A DNA stretch of 64,000 nucleotides from NCBI RefSeq assembly GCF_009914755.1, contig NC_060927.1. One strand, written 5' to 3'. The notes under the pieces were generated by a model. The model saw only the letters and a program-made list of their open reading frames with translations, was not told the DNA's origin and made no database searches. The stretch comes from the human T2T-CHM13v2.0 reference genome, Homo sapiens. Below, piece by piece: positions 25,569 to 40,110 of the stretch (position 1 is its first letter; the number at the start of each line of letters is the position of its first letter). A program made the translations under genes and the position numbers.

Positions 25569-26365
25569 CTGAAAAAAAGTAAAAACTTATATAGACAAAT
25601 GTCAGGTCCAGAACCCAGCAACAGAAAACAAGCTGCCTAAACAGAATACACCAAAAAAAGTGGCTCAATATTCACCCTAGGAGAAGACTTAGGACTTTTT
25701 ACTAACGATAACAAAGGAAGGAGGCTGCCCACAAAAGCTAGTGTGGTCTGAGACTGGATTAATAGAAGAAGTATCACATGTGGAAAAAAGGAGGTGATGG
25801 TCTCACCCTGCACTGCCCTGACGTGGCCACACCTGTAATGCTGGGCTCAGTTCCACTCTGAACTTCAAAAAGGCTAATGGCAAACTGACTTCCTAAAGAA
25901 TTCTAGAGGATGGCAAGGGGGTCTAGAAAACAGAACATCTGAGCATCCATTGAAGGAACTGTGTCAGCACCCTAAGACATGGTGAGAAAAAAATTAAATT
26001 AAAATTAAAATGAAGGAGCTGTGGATGAATAAATAACCAGAGGAGGAGATGCTGTGAGGAGTCTACAATCACTTTCCTAGCATCCCTGAAGGGCTGCCAC
26101 GGGATACAGAAAGAACCTAGCTCAGTGTGGCTTCAGAGGTCAAGCGGGTGCAGAAGTTATAGAGTAGCAGATTTCAGTTCACACTGAAAATGGGCAACCT
26201 CACAGAGGGAGTAAGCTCACTGTCACTGGAAGCAATCAAGCAGAGGCTAAAGCAATCACTTGGCAAGCAAGCTGTAGAGAAGACTCCCACGCCTGGTAGG
26301 GTATTGGACTGGAAGACAACTGGTGTCCTGTCCATTCCTAAGACCTTAGGATTCTAAGGCTGAGT
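25560..26365 (+). mobile_element. L3/CR1 LINE remnant
   Basis: CR1-like phrases, e.g. GGAGGTGATGGTCTCACCCTGCACTGCCCTG...CCACACCTG...TGCTGGGCTCAGTTC and CACTGTCACTGGAAGCAATCAAGCAGAGGCT. Boundaries approximate. Confidence 0.6.
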
Positions 26366-29300
26366 TTCAGGGCATGAGAAAACAATCTGTCCACCAAGAC
26401 AACGGTGCCTGTACTCTTAGGGGTCTGCGTGGACAGTGTGGGTATTTGCCCATCTCTTTGGTGTAAGTGTACGTGAGATATTTACTGCCTGGGCTGACGT
26501 GCAAAAGGTGGAGCTTGAATTGCTCCTGGAGACAAGCTGGCTGGCACTTATATTTAATGTACACTCATATACCCAGCGTGCTTCAAAACGGTGTCACAGC
26601 CCAAGTGTCAGAGACTAAATTAAGTGCATGTCACCTGGCCAGCCCAGGGCAATCTTGAGTTTCCCCATCTATGAAGGACAGTGTAGGATGAGGCACCCTC
26701 TGAGGACCCATCTTTATGTGGCTTTCTACGAGTCTGCACTCCCCAGCTGGGGAGGGGCATCAAGCCAGCCCAGGAAGGGCTTGTGCCAGGGAAGGTGCCC
26801 CTTGACCTGAGAGGACTGCACAGATAATTCCCTATGGGAACAGGGCCACCACTGTCTAAAATGGGCCACACTCAGCATGACAAATATTGCAAGAATTTGC
26901 AGATTTTCCTCTGTATAAATCCTCACATCTGCAAAGCCCATCCCAGCACCACATGCAGCAGTTTCCTGTTTTCCAGCACTTTCCACTGCTGTGGCTGGCG
27001 GCCAGGGCTCCACAGGGCCTCCAAAGGGCTCCCCTGAAACCCGGCTGCAAAGCCCGCAGGGGAGGGAGGGGCCACAGAACCAGGACTGACAGCTGGGCCC
27101 TTGGATTCTCAGCATGTGATGCCAGCTCCTGCAGTGGCCACAGCCTCTAGGAGCCCAGCACCTGGAGGCCTAATAGCCCACGCTGCCTGGTGCTGCTTGG
27201 CAGCTCTGACAGATGGCAGTTAAAGGGCCACAAAGCTGCCCTAATTATAACTTCTCCCCCAGGCAGCCGAGAGCGTCGTCAATCACTTCAGTGACTCAGT
27301 CCAGCCCCTGTCCAGCTCCTGGGAAGGGGGAATAGCCTGGCGTCTATCACTGGCCCATGAAGTCAGCAAGCCGAGCAGACAAACCGAAGGACAGCCTGAC
27401 AGCTCTCCTGGGCGCTCTGATGCATTCCCTCCCCGTGAGCAGAAGTGCACGAACCAGGGCTCTCGGCTTTGGGTCTCAGCAGAAGCACCGTGACTCACGA
27501 GCAAACGCATAATTAGCCTCGAAGCCCTGGGCTTTGTTTGTTGGTGGGTTGGGACGTTTTTGGTTTAATACCATCGTTCACATTCCCTGAACACGAGGTT
27601 TCCTGGAAGGAGACTCCTCCTTATTTTAATGACACAGAGCATAACTTTTGGAGGGAGCCTGGAAGACCAGCGTTCTACTCTGGTTGACACTAAGTTGAAG
27701 TGTGAGCTTAGGGAAATTCTCCAGGCCTCAGTTTCCCCTTCAGTAAAGACGTCCAAGGGCCCTTGGAGCTCTGCTATCTTCTGATGTGAGGCAGGAAGGA
27801 AATTTGGCCTGAAGCCCCTCATTCTCCTCATCTTCTCTTCCCCAGAGGACCTGCTGGACCTCCAGCAGGGCCGCCCGGCCCGGCTCCAGCTTCATGCTGA
27901 GGCCTGAGGAACTCGTGCCCATCTTTTCAGGCCCACCTGCCTCCAAGTTTCCCAGCCAGGGCAATCCCACTTAGTAATCAGCATGTCCGCACACAGCCAA
28001 TAGCCGTTCCATGGAACCCAGGGACTGGGAGGGGCCTCTGGGAGCTTCTGGTCCTGCCCACTCCCAGTGCACCTGGGGAAACTGAGACCCAGAGAGGGGC
28101 TGTCTCTCCCTGGCTTCTCCCTTCTCCCCACAGAGGGCTGCCCAGTCATGGCCTTGTCTGCAGAGAGATGTCACCCAACAAGCCTGAGGGCTCCCGAGGA
28201 AGATGTCAGGCTTGGAGCAGCCAGGGTCTGTCCCCACTGCCCACAGCTGGTGCTGACCTCAATCACGCGCTCATGGGGGCTCAGGCCAGTGGGTCTGCCT
28301 GAGAGGCTTGGCCTGAAGCTCGGGCCTCCGTGCCTCCAGACCTCCCCATCTCACCAAACATCCCCTCTCCTGGGGCAGCACATAAAATCGCCTGGCTTGT
28401 TTAATAGAACTGACCTCATAGCGTTGCTGCTGTGAGGATTAAACGAGTTAATGCATGTGAAGCACTTGGGTGAGTTCTTGGCACAAAGTGAGGACCCAAT
28501 AAACGTTTGTGACGATTGTTATTTTTGTTGTTGGGTAAAAATCAGAATCTCTGGAGACTCCACCCGCAGAGATCCTGATCCCTAGGTCTCAGCGGGGCCC
28601 AGGATTCTGCATGTTTTACAAACTTCCCAAGTGACTCCAATGCAGGAGTCCACAGAACATGCTCAGAAACACCACGTGAGGTCTAGACTAGCCGAGAACC
28701 CAGGCTCAGACCTTTTGTCACTGACCGCTGAGAACGAGAGGACCCGGGATGGGGGAGGCCGCAGATCCTGCCACAGGCCTGGCCCCATCCCTCTACCAAT
28801 ATTTCTCTCAGCGGCCCCTTCCGCATCCCCATCAGGAACTGCAGTTTGTGCTGAGTTGAACCTGGCAATAGAAGCTGCTTCCAGAAACGGTACTTAGAGC
28901 CTGGAGCATCAGAGGTGCAAGAGCTTTCTGAGTGCACCTAGTCAAACCGTCTGCTCATTTTGTAGTTGGGAAAGCTGAGGGGGTCCCCAGGGAGCAGAGA
29001 CTTGCCCAAGGTCACACAGTCCGTTGGGGACTCCTGACACCCGATCAGGGCCCCTAACTACAGAGTTTGGCAAATCCCTGAGCCTCATCACCGGGATTTG
29101 GGACCTTGTCAACCACACGCCTGGCAGGGCCTGGGATTGGGGAGGAGGTGGATTTGCACCCTCCAGCTTAAATCAACTGAGGCTCATACAATCCACCTTC
29201 CCCCTGCCCAGCATGATTCGCCAAGGGCAAGTGCTTATTTCAACTACCAGGCTGCATGGGTTCAGGGATTTCTTCTTTAAGGCTGCTCTGATGCTGGTGT

Positions 29301-29445
29301 TTGTTCAATTCCACCTGAGTCTCCTGGAGGACTGTAGGGAAGGGACAGAGGGTTCACCAGAAGGTGTTGACCCCTGTAATCTCAACAACAAGGCTGGAGA
29401 TGGAGTCAAGGCTGCAGATGGATTTGTGATGAGGGGTGTGTGGAT

Positions 29446-29760
29446 CTTTATTTTTTTATTTTTATTTATCTATTTTTTTTGAGACGGAGTCTTGCTCTGT
29501 CACCCAGACTGATGTGCAGTGGTGTGATCTCTGCTACTGCAAGCTCTGCCTCCCGGGTTCACACCACTCTCCTGCCTCAGCCTCCCGAGTAGCTGGGACT
29601 ACAGGTGCCCGCCACCACACCCGGCTAATTTTTTGTATTTTTAGTAGAGACAGGGTTTCGTCGTGTTAGCCAGGATGGTCTTGATCTCCTGACCTCATGA
29701 TCCTCCCGCCTCGGCCTCCCAAAGTGCTGAGATTACAGGCGTGAGCCACCGCGCCCGGCC
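29446..29760 (-). mobile_element. Alu (Y-like) with TSD
   Basis: Y-type diagnostics (GCAAGCTCTGCC, GTGTTAGCCAGGATGG). TSD GTGTGTGGAT at 29436-29445 and 29762-29771. Confidence 0.9.
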
Positions 29761-31815
29761 AGTGTGTGGATTTGAAACTGGGACAGCTGCACCTTTACCT
29801 GTGTCTCTGCTCAAATGTAGAGGCAGGACCTGGGGCCAAGGTCACAGGCCCCTGATTTGGGAATACTCCACCCCAAACAGAAACCTTCCTTGAACTCCAA
29901 AGCAAGACTGGCCACACCCTCACCGTCCACCTTGATCAAGCGGGGACCCGCGTCTCTCATCTCTCATGGCCCTTCAAAGCCAACATGTTGCTTATTGTTT
30001 GAAAACAGAAAATCAGTTAAAAAGCGCAATTCCTTTCCAGCCCTTCTGTTGGGGATCCTCCCAGGTCTGGCTTCCTGCAGAGGCCAGAGCAGGACTGTCA
30101 TTAGCCTGGCAAGGGTGGCAGGAGAAACTGACAAACCGCCCAGCAGAACAGGAGAACTGCCCCAAAAGGGCTCTTATGACAGCAGCCACGGGCTACAAAC
30201 AGCCCCCTTCTCAGGCGGGCACCTGGGATCCCAAAGTAGAGAGAAATGGATCAGCCCCTGATCAAAGCATCTGGAAGCAGGTTCTAATTTCTGTGTCCAA
30301 AAGCCAAGACAGGCCATAAATCTGAAGCAGCAGTGACTCCTTCGTGGTCAGGATTCAGGGCAGCAAATTGCCATGTGTGATCACAGTCTGCTTACTGGCA
30401 GGACTGAGTCGGGACAGCTCCTCCCCCACCCCTTATTCTCCACGGCTGGATCTATTCTACCTCGCCTCACCACCCCGCCATTTACTGAGCGAGCTAAGGG
30501 AGTGTTCCCTAGCCCTGGGAAGAACCTTCCATGACCTGACTGTCTGTCGAATCTATCCAGAACTTACCCTGGCCCCGAACCCTCTCACATGCCTGCCTCA
30601 TCACTGCTGAGCCCGCCCAGCTGACTCAAGACCACAGGCAAATTGGGCTGTCTGGCCCTGAATTTACTCCAGATGTTCAGTCTCTGCAGAATGAAGGAAG
30701 TGCCAGCCGTTAGAGCACTTCTAAATTAAGGAGCCAGTGGCAGCAACACATCTGAGAGCTGCCCAAGGTAAAGTGACGCATCCCAGATAACCCCAAAGGA
30801 GAAGCTGGCACGTGGCAGACAGGCACCTGGCACCTGCGACTGGAGCACACGTGTCATCTCAGAGAGAGTGCAGCTGCACCGAGGTGATGCCCTGGGCCCG
30901 GGAGGTGGAATGGCTCTTGCACTTTGGCAGGGGTGGGAGAGTCCTGAAAGCTCTGGTTTTCCACAGTTGGTTTCTTGGCCCCAGGTCCTGCCTCTACGTT
31001 TGAGCAGAGACACGGGTCAAGGTGCAGCCGTCACAATTTCAAATCCACATACCACCTCATCACAAATCCATCTCCTGCCCTGACTCCCTGCTCAAAGCCT
31101 CCAGGCTCCACAGAGGCCGACGCTTCCAGCAGGAGAGAGGGGAAACTGCCAGCATAGTGTCCCCTAAGCCACACTGTTAGAGCCTGAACAATGCTGAGCC
31201 CATGTCCGAATTCCAAATTGGAACTGCAAACCAGGGACCAGCACATCTGCTGAAGTTACACTTGCAGGAGTTATCCATCTATGCAAAGCAGACAGCTCTC
31301 TTGCCTGGGAAACCCCCATGAAGGAAGGTCTTGGGCAGAACCAAATGCGGGGCAGACCACTGGGAGCCACCAGGGCAAGTGCCAGGAAAGATGGCACAGG
31401 CGCAAATAATCTGAACCTTAAAAAGAGAAGTTCTTCCCCCAGTGGATCTAGATTCCAGAACGGTCAATCCAGTGACAAGGGGGGTGATAATTTAGTCCAC
31501 TTTCAGCCCAACTTGCTGGTCTCAGACATCTCAGCACCCCAGGTTGACATCATGAGCCGCTCAGGGCAAGGGGCATAAGAGGCTGTTGAGGCATCAGCAG
31601 AGGGGCTGGTGGTCCTGGTGTCCAGGCAGTGAGGGAGACAGGCTTGCACCCCTCCAGCACAGGCTGCTTCTGTCCCTGTCCCGAGAGCATCCCCAGGCAC
31701 ATGTCAGCTCTGCCCCTTCTGGGGTCTCCGAGGGGAGCAGGTCCAGCAGAAATGGGAAGGGGCTGGCCGGGCCCTCTAAGCAGAGAGGAGGGATGGGGGT
31801 GGCTTGCCTACTTAC

Positions 31816-31898
31816 CAGCAGCTCGGCGCCCGCCCGCCGTGGACAAGAGGGAGCCTGAGAGGAGGACGAGGGACGGCTCAAGGCTGCAGCATGAGTGT
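31816..31898 (-). other. LRRC15: Non-coding exon 1 of LRRC15
   Basis: Strong donor CTG|GTAAGT at 31816/31815. Inr-like CCACACT with A at 31898, 29 nt below a TATA-like box. GC-rich. Confidence 0.8.
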
Positions 31899-31950
31899 GG
31901 CTCGCCTAAGCTGTCCCGGTATTTAAACTATCCCGGGCGTGAGTCACTGC
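31899..31950 (-). promoter_or_regulatory. LRRC15 core promoter: TATA-like box and AP-1 site
   Basis: TTTAAATA on - at 31927-31920. Perfect AP-1 TGAGTCA at 31940-31946. Confidence 0.7.
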
Positions 31951-33277
31951 AGAGGGCAGTGTTGGCCCTGGGAGGGGGGACTGTGGGCCACAGTGCAGTG
32001 CCTGCATGTCCCGGGCTGACACTACAGGGTACACATAGCTGGCATCCCTAAATGTAAGGGGTTTGCTTCAACCGTATTTAAAAACTCAGGACACATTTTC
32101 CTCTTTCCTTCTTTCCCCCAGTGTATCTTTTGGATTCCTTCACTGCATTGGCCACCGTGAGAGGGGAGTTTACAACGACCCGGTAAACCCCTCCCTAAGT
32201 GACTGTGGACCCCCTGCTGCCCTGCCCTGGCCAAGGAGACAAGGACCCCGAGAAAGGGATGGAGCAGGATTCAGGGGCGTTTCTTTGCTCCTAGAAGTAT
32301 TGGCAAGTGCTTCTCCCTGTGGTTCTAGAAAACTTATTCATTCTTCTCTTTCTTTCTTTCTTTCTTTCTTATTTTAAACTTTTTATTTGGCTTTAAATTT
32401 ACAGACAATTAATGTGTTTCATCTGTTGTTAACATTTTGGAAGAAGCATTTACTTTAGATTCCAAGGAAAAATATAATTACGACCACTGTGTCCCCTCTA
32501 AAAACAGCATTTCCGATTTCCTTGTGATGCTGGGGTCTTTGCCATTACTGCTGCTCTGAGAGGTGCAGGCACACACATCTCTGGCTTGGGGACGGGCAAT
32601 CAAGGGGCATATTTGGGCGTGAGGAGCTTCCCTATGCCCCTCACCTCTGCATTACAGCCCACACACTGCTGCCCTCTCTACCCCCGTCCCCAGTGGGGAC
32701 AAAACTGTTTCTATTTGTGGTATCCCCAAAAAGGCCTGGGGAAGAGGATACAGGAATCATAGTTGGAGGGGCGGGAAGGCTTCCAAACCCCGGCTTCTCC
32801 TCCGAGATGGAGCCTCAACAAGGCCTGAGCTGCCCCAGGCTGAAGCCACCCTGCCTTTGCCTGGCTCGGTTTACCCTCTCAGCTAAGTGGGGAGAGTGAT
32901 ATTTACACACAGTGCCTCATGGAGTGCCAAGAGGCTTAATTAATATTTGCGCTGTGTTTTGAGATCTGCGATGAAAGGAAGATATAAAAGTGCGTAGTGT
33001 TATTACTGAAATAGTTGCTTGGGTGGCTTGTCATGGTCAAGACCTACAGCCTGAATCACGCCACATTCCTCCTCACTGTGGCACCGTGATTCAGAGCCGG
33101 AAACAAAAAGTGTCTTGTCCACTAAATAACAGGAGCCCAGGAGGGGCAGGCACTGCTTGGAGTGGCTCCACACAGCTTGAAGCCCCATCCCTTCCCCCAC
33201 CAGCCTTGTTCCCACGTGCAGAACACCTTCCCTCTTACGGCCCTGATTCCTCCACGTTCCCAAATCAGGTACTTTAA

Positions 33278-33590
<313 letters not shown>

Positions 33591-33819
33591 ACTTTAACTT
33601 TCTTTCCATAGAACCTACAAGAATAAGAATATCCCTCTTTTTCCTCTTCCATCCTCCCTAATCCTAGCACCCAAGCGCTCTGTGTCGGGCACTGTGCTGG
33701 GAGTGGTGGACAACACAGGGATGAATCGGCTGCATTTAAAGATGGCTATTTGGGAAGCACCTGCTGTGAACCAGAGACCCCTTGGGTACCTCACTGCAGC
33801 TCTCCATCATTTCACCTCC

Positions 33820-34013
33820 ACCAGCTTTCTCGGCCTCACCACGTGACATTTGGAGGCAGATAATTCTTCATTGCAGGAGCTGTTCTACGTGTCGCGGGAG
33901 GCACCATGGCATCCCTGGCCTCTGCCCTCTAGATGCCAGCAGTACCCCCCGATCCAAAAGTAACAAAATGTCTCTAGACATTGCCAAATGTCCCCAGGAA
34001 GGGGGAGTTTACA

Positions 34014-34045
<32 letters not shown>

Positions 34046-34066
34046 TTCATGGTTGAGAACTACTGA
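33820..34066. mobile_element. MER20 (hAT-Charlie) DNA transposon with internal (CA)n
   Basis: GACATTTGGAGGCAGATAATTCTT...GGCATCCCTGGCCTCTGCCCTCTAGATGCCAG...AAAATGTCTCTAGACATTGCCAAATGTCCCC...GGTTGAGAACTACTG. Confidence 0.75.
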
Positions 34067-34416
34067 TCTGCCAAATAGTCCTATGAGTGGCAGTAATTAC
34101 CCCCATTTCACAGACAAAAAAACTGAGGCCCAGGCCTGTTAACTAATTTCCCTGCAGCCATATGCTAAGTGACAGAGCCAGAGTCCAAGCCTAGCCCGTG
34201 GGCTCCATGCCATCTGCACACCACTGGATCCTGTGCTTGGGCACACAACCCCCATGGACGGAAGTTCGGACTGACGCAGAGCGGGGCTGGGAGAAGATGG
34301 AAGGAGTGAGGTCACTGACAGATCCTTCCTCGGGGCAAGCTTGAGAATGTGGGAGCATTTCAAGGGATGGACCTGGGGTGTCATGCAGAGGGTGACCTTA
34401 AAAGATGAGCAGGCTC

Positions 34417-34729
<313 letters not shown>

Positions 34730-35499
34730 TCAGAGTGAGCAGGAGAGAGAATGTGGCTAGAGCCCAGGCTGTGTGGCAGGGCCTCACTGAGGACTGGGAT
34801 GATCCCGAAGAGTGGAGTCCTCTGGAGGCAGTAGGGAGCCACCAGGAGTTTTGGAGGAGGGACAGGCCCAGGTGGAGCCATGCTGTAGGAAGTGTGCTAT
34901 GGGGGTGGGGGGGTTCCAGCCTTCACAGAGAACTCTCTCTGGCCTTCATGACAGCGCATGGGTTTCCACACCGTAACCAGGCCGTGCAGGAAGGAGCAGT
35001 TCCCCAGGTTGGAGGTGCCGTGGACATCGGGCTGCAGGACTCCGGGTTTCCACACATGGAGGCCCTCTCTTCCCCAGAGAAGCACCTTCTCCTACGGAGG
35101 AAGCAAGGCAGCCCCCAGGCAGCCCCCAGAACAGCCGCTCCGTTCCACTAATGAAGGGACGGGACATCTATTATTATTGGAAGGGAAAGCCTGATTTACC
35201 ACCCGCAGGCCCTGTAACCTCAGGGCTCACTTTCCAGCCCCCCTGGGAGAACCGGAAGAGCTGGGGTCGCCCCAGGGCTTCAGGGAACTCTGCTATCTCC
35301 CGCCCTCGCATGTGTCTCTATTCTAGTTAACAAGCACAGAATCGGGCACTGGAGGCCGTGGGACCCAGCCTCCCCTCGGTGGGGCAAACCCCTCCACAGC
35401 ACCCTCCATAGCTGGCGTTAGCATCCCTGCTCAGTTCACCTCGGGGTGGGGACGCTGTGACCACACCATTGTGTCCCCTGCTGGAGCGGCAGAATAAAA

Positions 35500-36790
35500 A
35501 AGATGGAGAATGCCTCGGGCTGGTAAGGATGACGGCGGTCTCACACTCTGTTGATGGGAATATAAACTGGTAGACCAATAGCTATCAAAATCCAAAAACC
35601 CAGGCATGGTGGCTCACGCCTGTAATCCCAGTGACTGGGGAGGCTGAGGCAAGAGAATCGCTTGAGGCCAGGAGTTTGAGACCAGCTTGGACAGCATAGT
35701 GAGACCCCAACTCTCCCCCACCCAACAAAAAAAGAAACTCAAAGTGTGTAAACCCCCACATACACAGACATGACGGTGGGTGTGCATACAGCGATACGTT
35801 CAAGCATGCTCCAGGCAGCAAGACTGGCAACAGCAGATCACTGTGAACCACTCAGATGTCTGTCTGCAAGACAGTGGCTGCGCACATCATGAAAATCCAT
35901 ACCAAACAGCCAGTTTTAAAAGATGAGACAGATACATCTTTATTTGCAGAAGAAAAACATATCAGATGTATTAAGCATAAAAGCGAGTCACAGATTAATA
36001 TATATAATATAATTGCGCTTACTGGCTTAAGAAAAAAAGACGTAAATGTACAACTCCTCAGTTATACCTCAACACATGGGAAAGAGTCAGGAAAACAATC
36101 TTTCTATTTGTCAATCATGATCACACAGAAAGCCAGAAGACGGTACGTAACATCAGTCATCCCACTGAATGGCCCTCGGTGTCTACAGAGTCAGCCTGGG
36201 ATGGCCATCCAGGGCTCTCGTCTCCGCCTGGTTCCCTCCCACCTCTCTCCTTCCCGGGTGCCCCTCCATCTGCTCTCCCTTCAGGAGGCAGAAAAGGCCA
36301 TGAGAGCCGCAAGGTCCCAAGGGGCAGCCAGTGGTCCCCAGCTCATTCCCAGGTCCTGGCTGTTCTCTGAAGGAGGAATTTTAGGTTGTTCCTCAGAGCA
36401 GCATATCTCAAGGACACACAGGCATCCCTTTTGCTCACGAGGACAGCCTCTCATAACAGGACTGTGTTGGAGCATTCGGCCACCTGAGTCTCTGTGGATG
36501 TATTCAGTTTTATAGAAAACTTTCCCTGACACGGCTTAAGAGGAACAAGAAAGAGCAATGCAGGTGTGAGAAATTTCACCCAGCTATATAGTGTGTGTCT
36601 GTCCGTGTGTGTTTGTATCACACATATATACACACACACACGGGTGTCTTTGTATCTATATATAAATGCATAGAGAAAGATCTAGAGAGACACATACAAA
36701 ATTGCCACAGCAGTGGAGGCAGGGAGCAGTGATAAACAAGGCTGTTTATAACTATGTGTTGTTTAATGTTTCATTTAAACAAACATGCAT
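35500..36790 (+). mobile_element. Degraded old L1 (L1M) 3' fragments with an embedded Alu monomer (~35600-35735)
   Basis: L1-like phrases such as CTCACACTCTGTTGATGGGAATATAAACTGGTA. Patchy; boundaries approximate. Confidence 0.45.
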
Positions 36791-36850
36791 TCCTGAATTA
36801 CATCCGGTAGGTAATTAGAACAACTATTTTGAAATATAAAAATAAGGTTC

Positions 36851-37071
36851 TTTTTTTTTTTTTTTTTTTTGAGATGGACTCTTGTTCTAGCTCCCAGGCT
36901 AGAGTGCAGTGGCACGATCTAGGCTCGCTGCAGCCTCTGCCTCCCGGGCTCGAGCGACTCTCCTTCCTCATCCGAGTAGCTGGGATTACAGGCACACACC
37001 ACCACGCCTGGTTAATTTTTTTGTATTTTTAGTAGAGATGGGGTTTGGCCATGTTGCCCAGGCTGGTCTCG
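36851..37071 (-). mobile_element. 5'-truncated Alu with TSD
   Basis: TSD ATAAGGTTCT(T/A)TTTTT brackets an Alu missing ~80 nt of its left arm. Confidence 0.9.
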
Positions 37072-37572
37072 ATAAGGTTCTATTTTTTACATCTTTTTCT
37101 TAAACTGAAACCTGCCTCCCTGGGCCCTCCACACTGGGCTCTCCTCCACCCTTTGGGCCCCATGGTGCCTGCCCTTGCCCGTGTGAGGCCCATCCATTCC
37201 AAAGCCTTCTCCTCTCCTGCACCCTTGGAACTGCCCCACACAGGCCCTCCCCGCAACCGTCCTGATGGGTCACCGGGGAGCCCTGCATTCGCTCAGTAAC
37301 TGAGCAGCCGGTAAGCGGCAGGCCCTGAGCCAAGTGCTGGTGTACAGAAGTTAACCCACTCTAAGGGGCTCACATACATGAACCATCCGCTTCCAGCGTA
37401 AGGCCCGTGTGGGATTGGTGCTGTCATTCAATGAGCTTTGGCAAGTGTGTAATGACATGTATCATCATCATATAGCATACAGAGTATGTACACCACACGG
37501 AATGTTTTTTTCATGGTAAAGAATGAAACGTTTATAGACTGAGTGACATGTCCAGTGGAGTCAATGTCTAGT

Positions 37573-37921
37573 GGAGAAGGAGGGAAAGAAAAGAGGAGAA
37601 GAAAGGAGAGAGGAGGGGAGGGGAGGGGTTAGGGGAGGCCGGAGGGGAGGGGGGGGTGAGGGGAGGCTGCAGGGGAGGGGAGGGGAGGGAAGGAGAGGGT
37701 AAGGGGAGGGAGGAGAGGGGAGGGGAGGAGAGGGGAGGGGAGGAGAGGGGAGGAGAGGGGAAGAGAGGGGAGGAGAGGGGAGGAGAGGGGAGGAGAGGGG
37801 AGAAGGGGGGAGGGGAGGGGAGGGGAAGAGAGGGGAGGAGAGGGGAGGAGAGGGGAGGAGAGGGGAGGAGAGGGGAGGAGAGGGGAGAAGGGGGGAGGGG
37901 AGGGGAGGGGAGGGGAGGAGA
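37573..37921. repeat. Polypurine (GGAGA/GGAGG)n tract
   Basis: Almost purely G/A over ~350 bp. Confidence 0.95.
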
Positions 37922-38639
37922 CCAGACTCTTTTCTTCTTGAAACAGGCCCCTAACACCCGCCTAGCGCTCAGCAGGAGCAAAAGGGCTTTTCCTGTCACA
38001 GAAGGAGCTCAGGTTCCCTGATGGCTTCCAAATCCCAGCCCCGTCCATCCCTGACCTGCCACTTTGAGCCTCCTTGTCCCCATGTGTGAGCTCAGATAAC
38101 AACCTGCCCCACTTGACTGATGAAAGGATTAGAAGGAGAATTGTGTGTGCAACGCCCAGCTCAGGGCTTGATCACGGCAGATTCCCCGTCAGTGGGAATG
38201 CCCCTCCCACTCCTGTCTTTCCCTGTTTACAGGGTTGTTGCTGCTTTGTCAGCAGGAAAAAGGCAGCCTTTGAGGAAATGACTTATTCCTACTTATCCCA
38301 AAGAGGTAAAATTTAGTCTCTATAAAGTACTACACACCATCCTCATACAGGAAGAATGAAGCCAGAAACACTAAAAATATATAGAATAATAATAATGGGA
38401 CAAACAAGCAAACAGTCACCTTCTTAAAATCCCCAGTGACAACTCCCAGACTCATGTCCTGCCATACCCGGTAATTAGTGACGTTTCTCCAAAGGCAAGT
38501 TTCGTAAGATGGCCCTTGGTCCCCGGCCTCCCTTCCTCATGGTGATGATGCGTTCAGAGTCAGGAGTGTCCCAGGGAGGCTGTTTGGTCACAGTGTCGAG
38601 CCTGGGAGCGGTGGGTCAGGGAGAGAGGAGTTCACGCAT

Positions 38640-40110
<1,471 letters not shown>

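Noticed and set aside
35856-36515. 219-aa plus-strand ORF
   Set aside because: Runs through degraded L1-like sequence; no recognisable domain.
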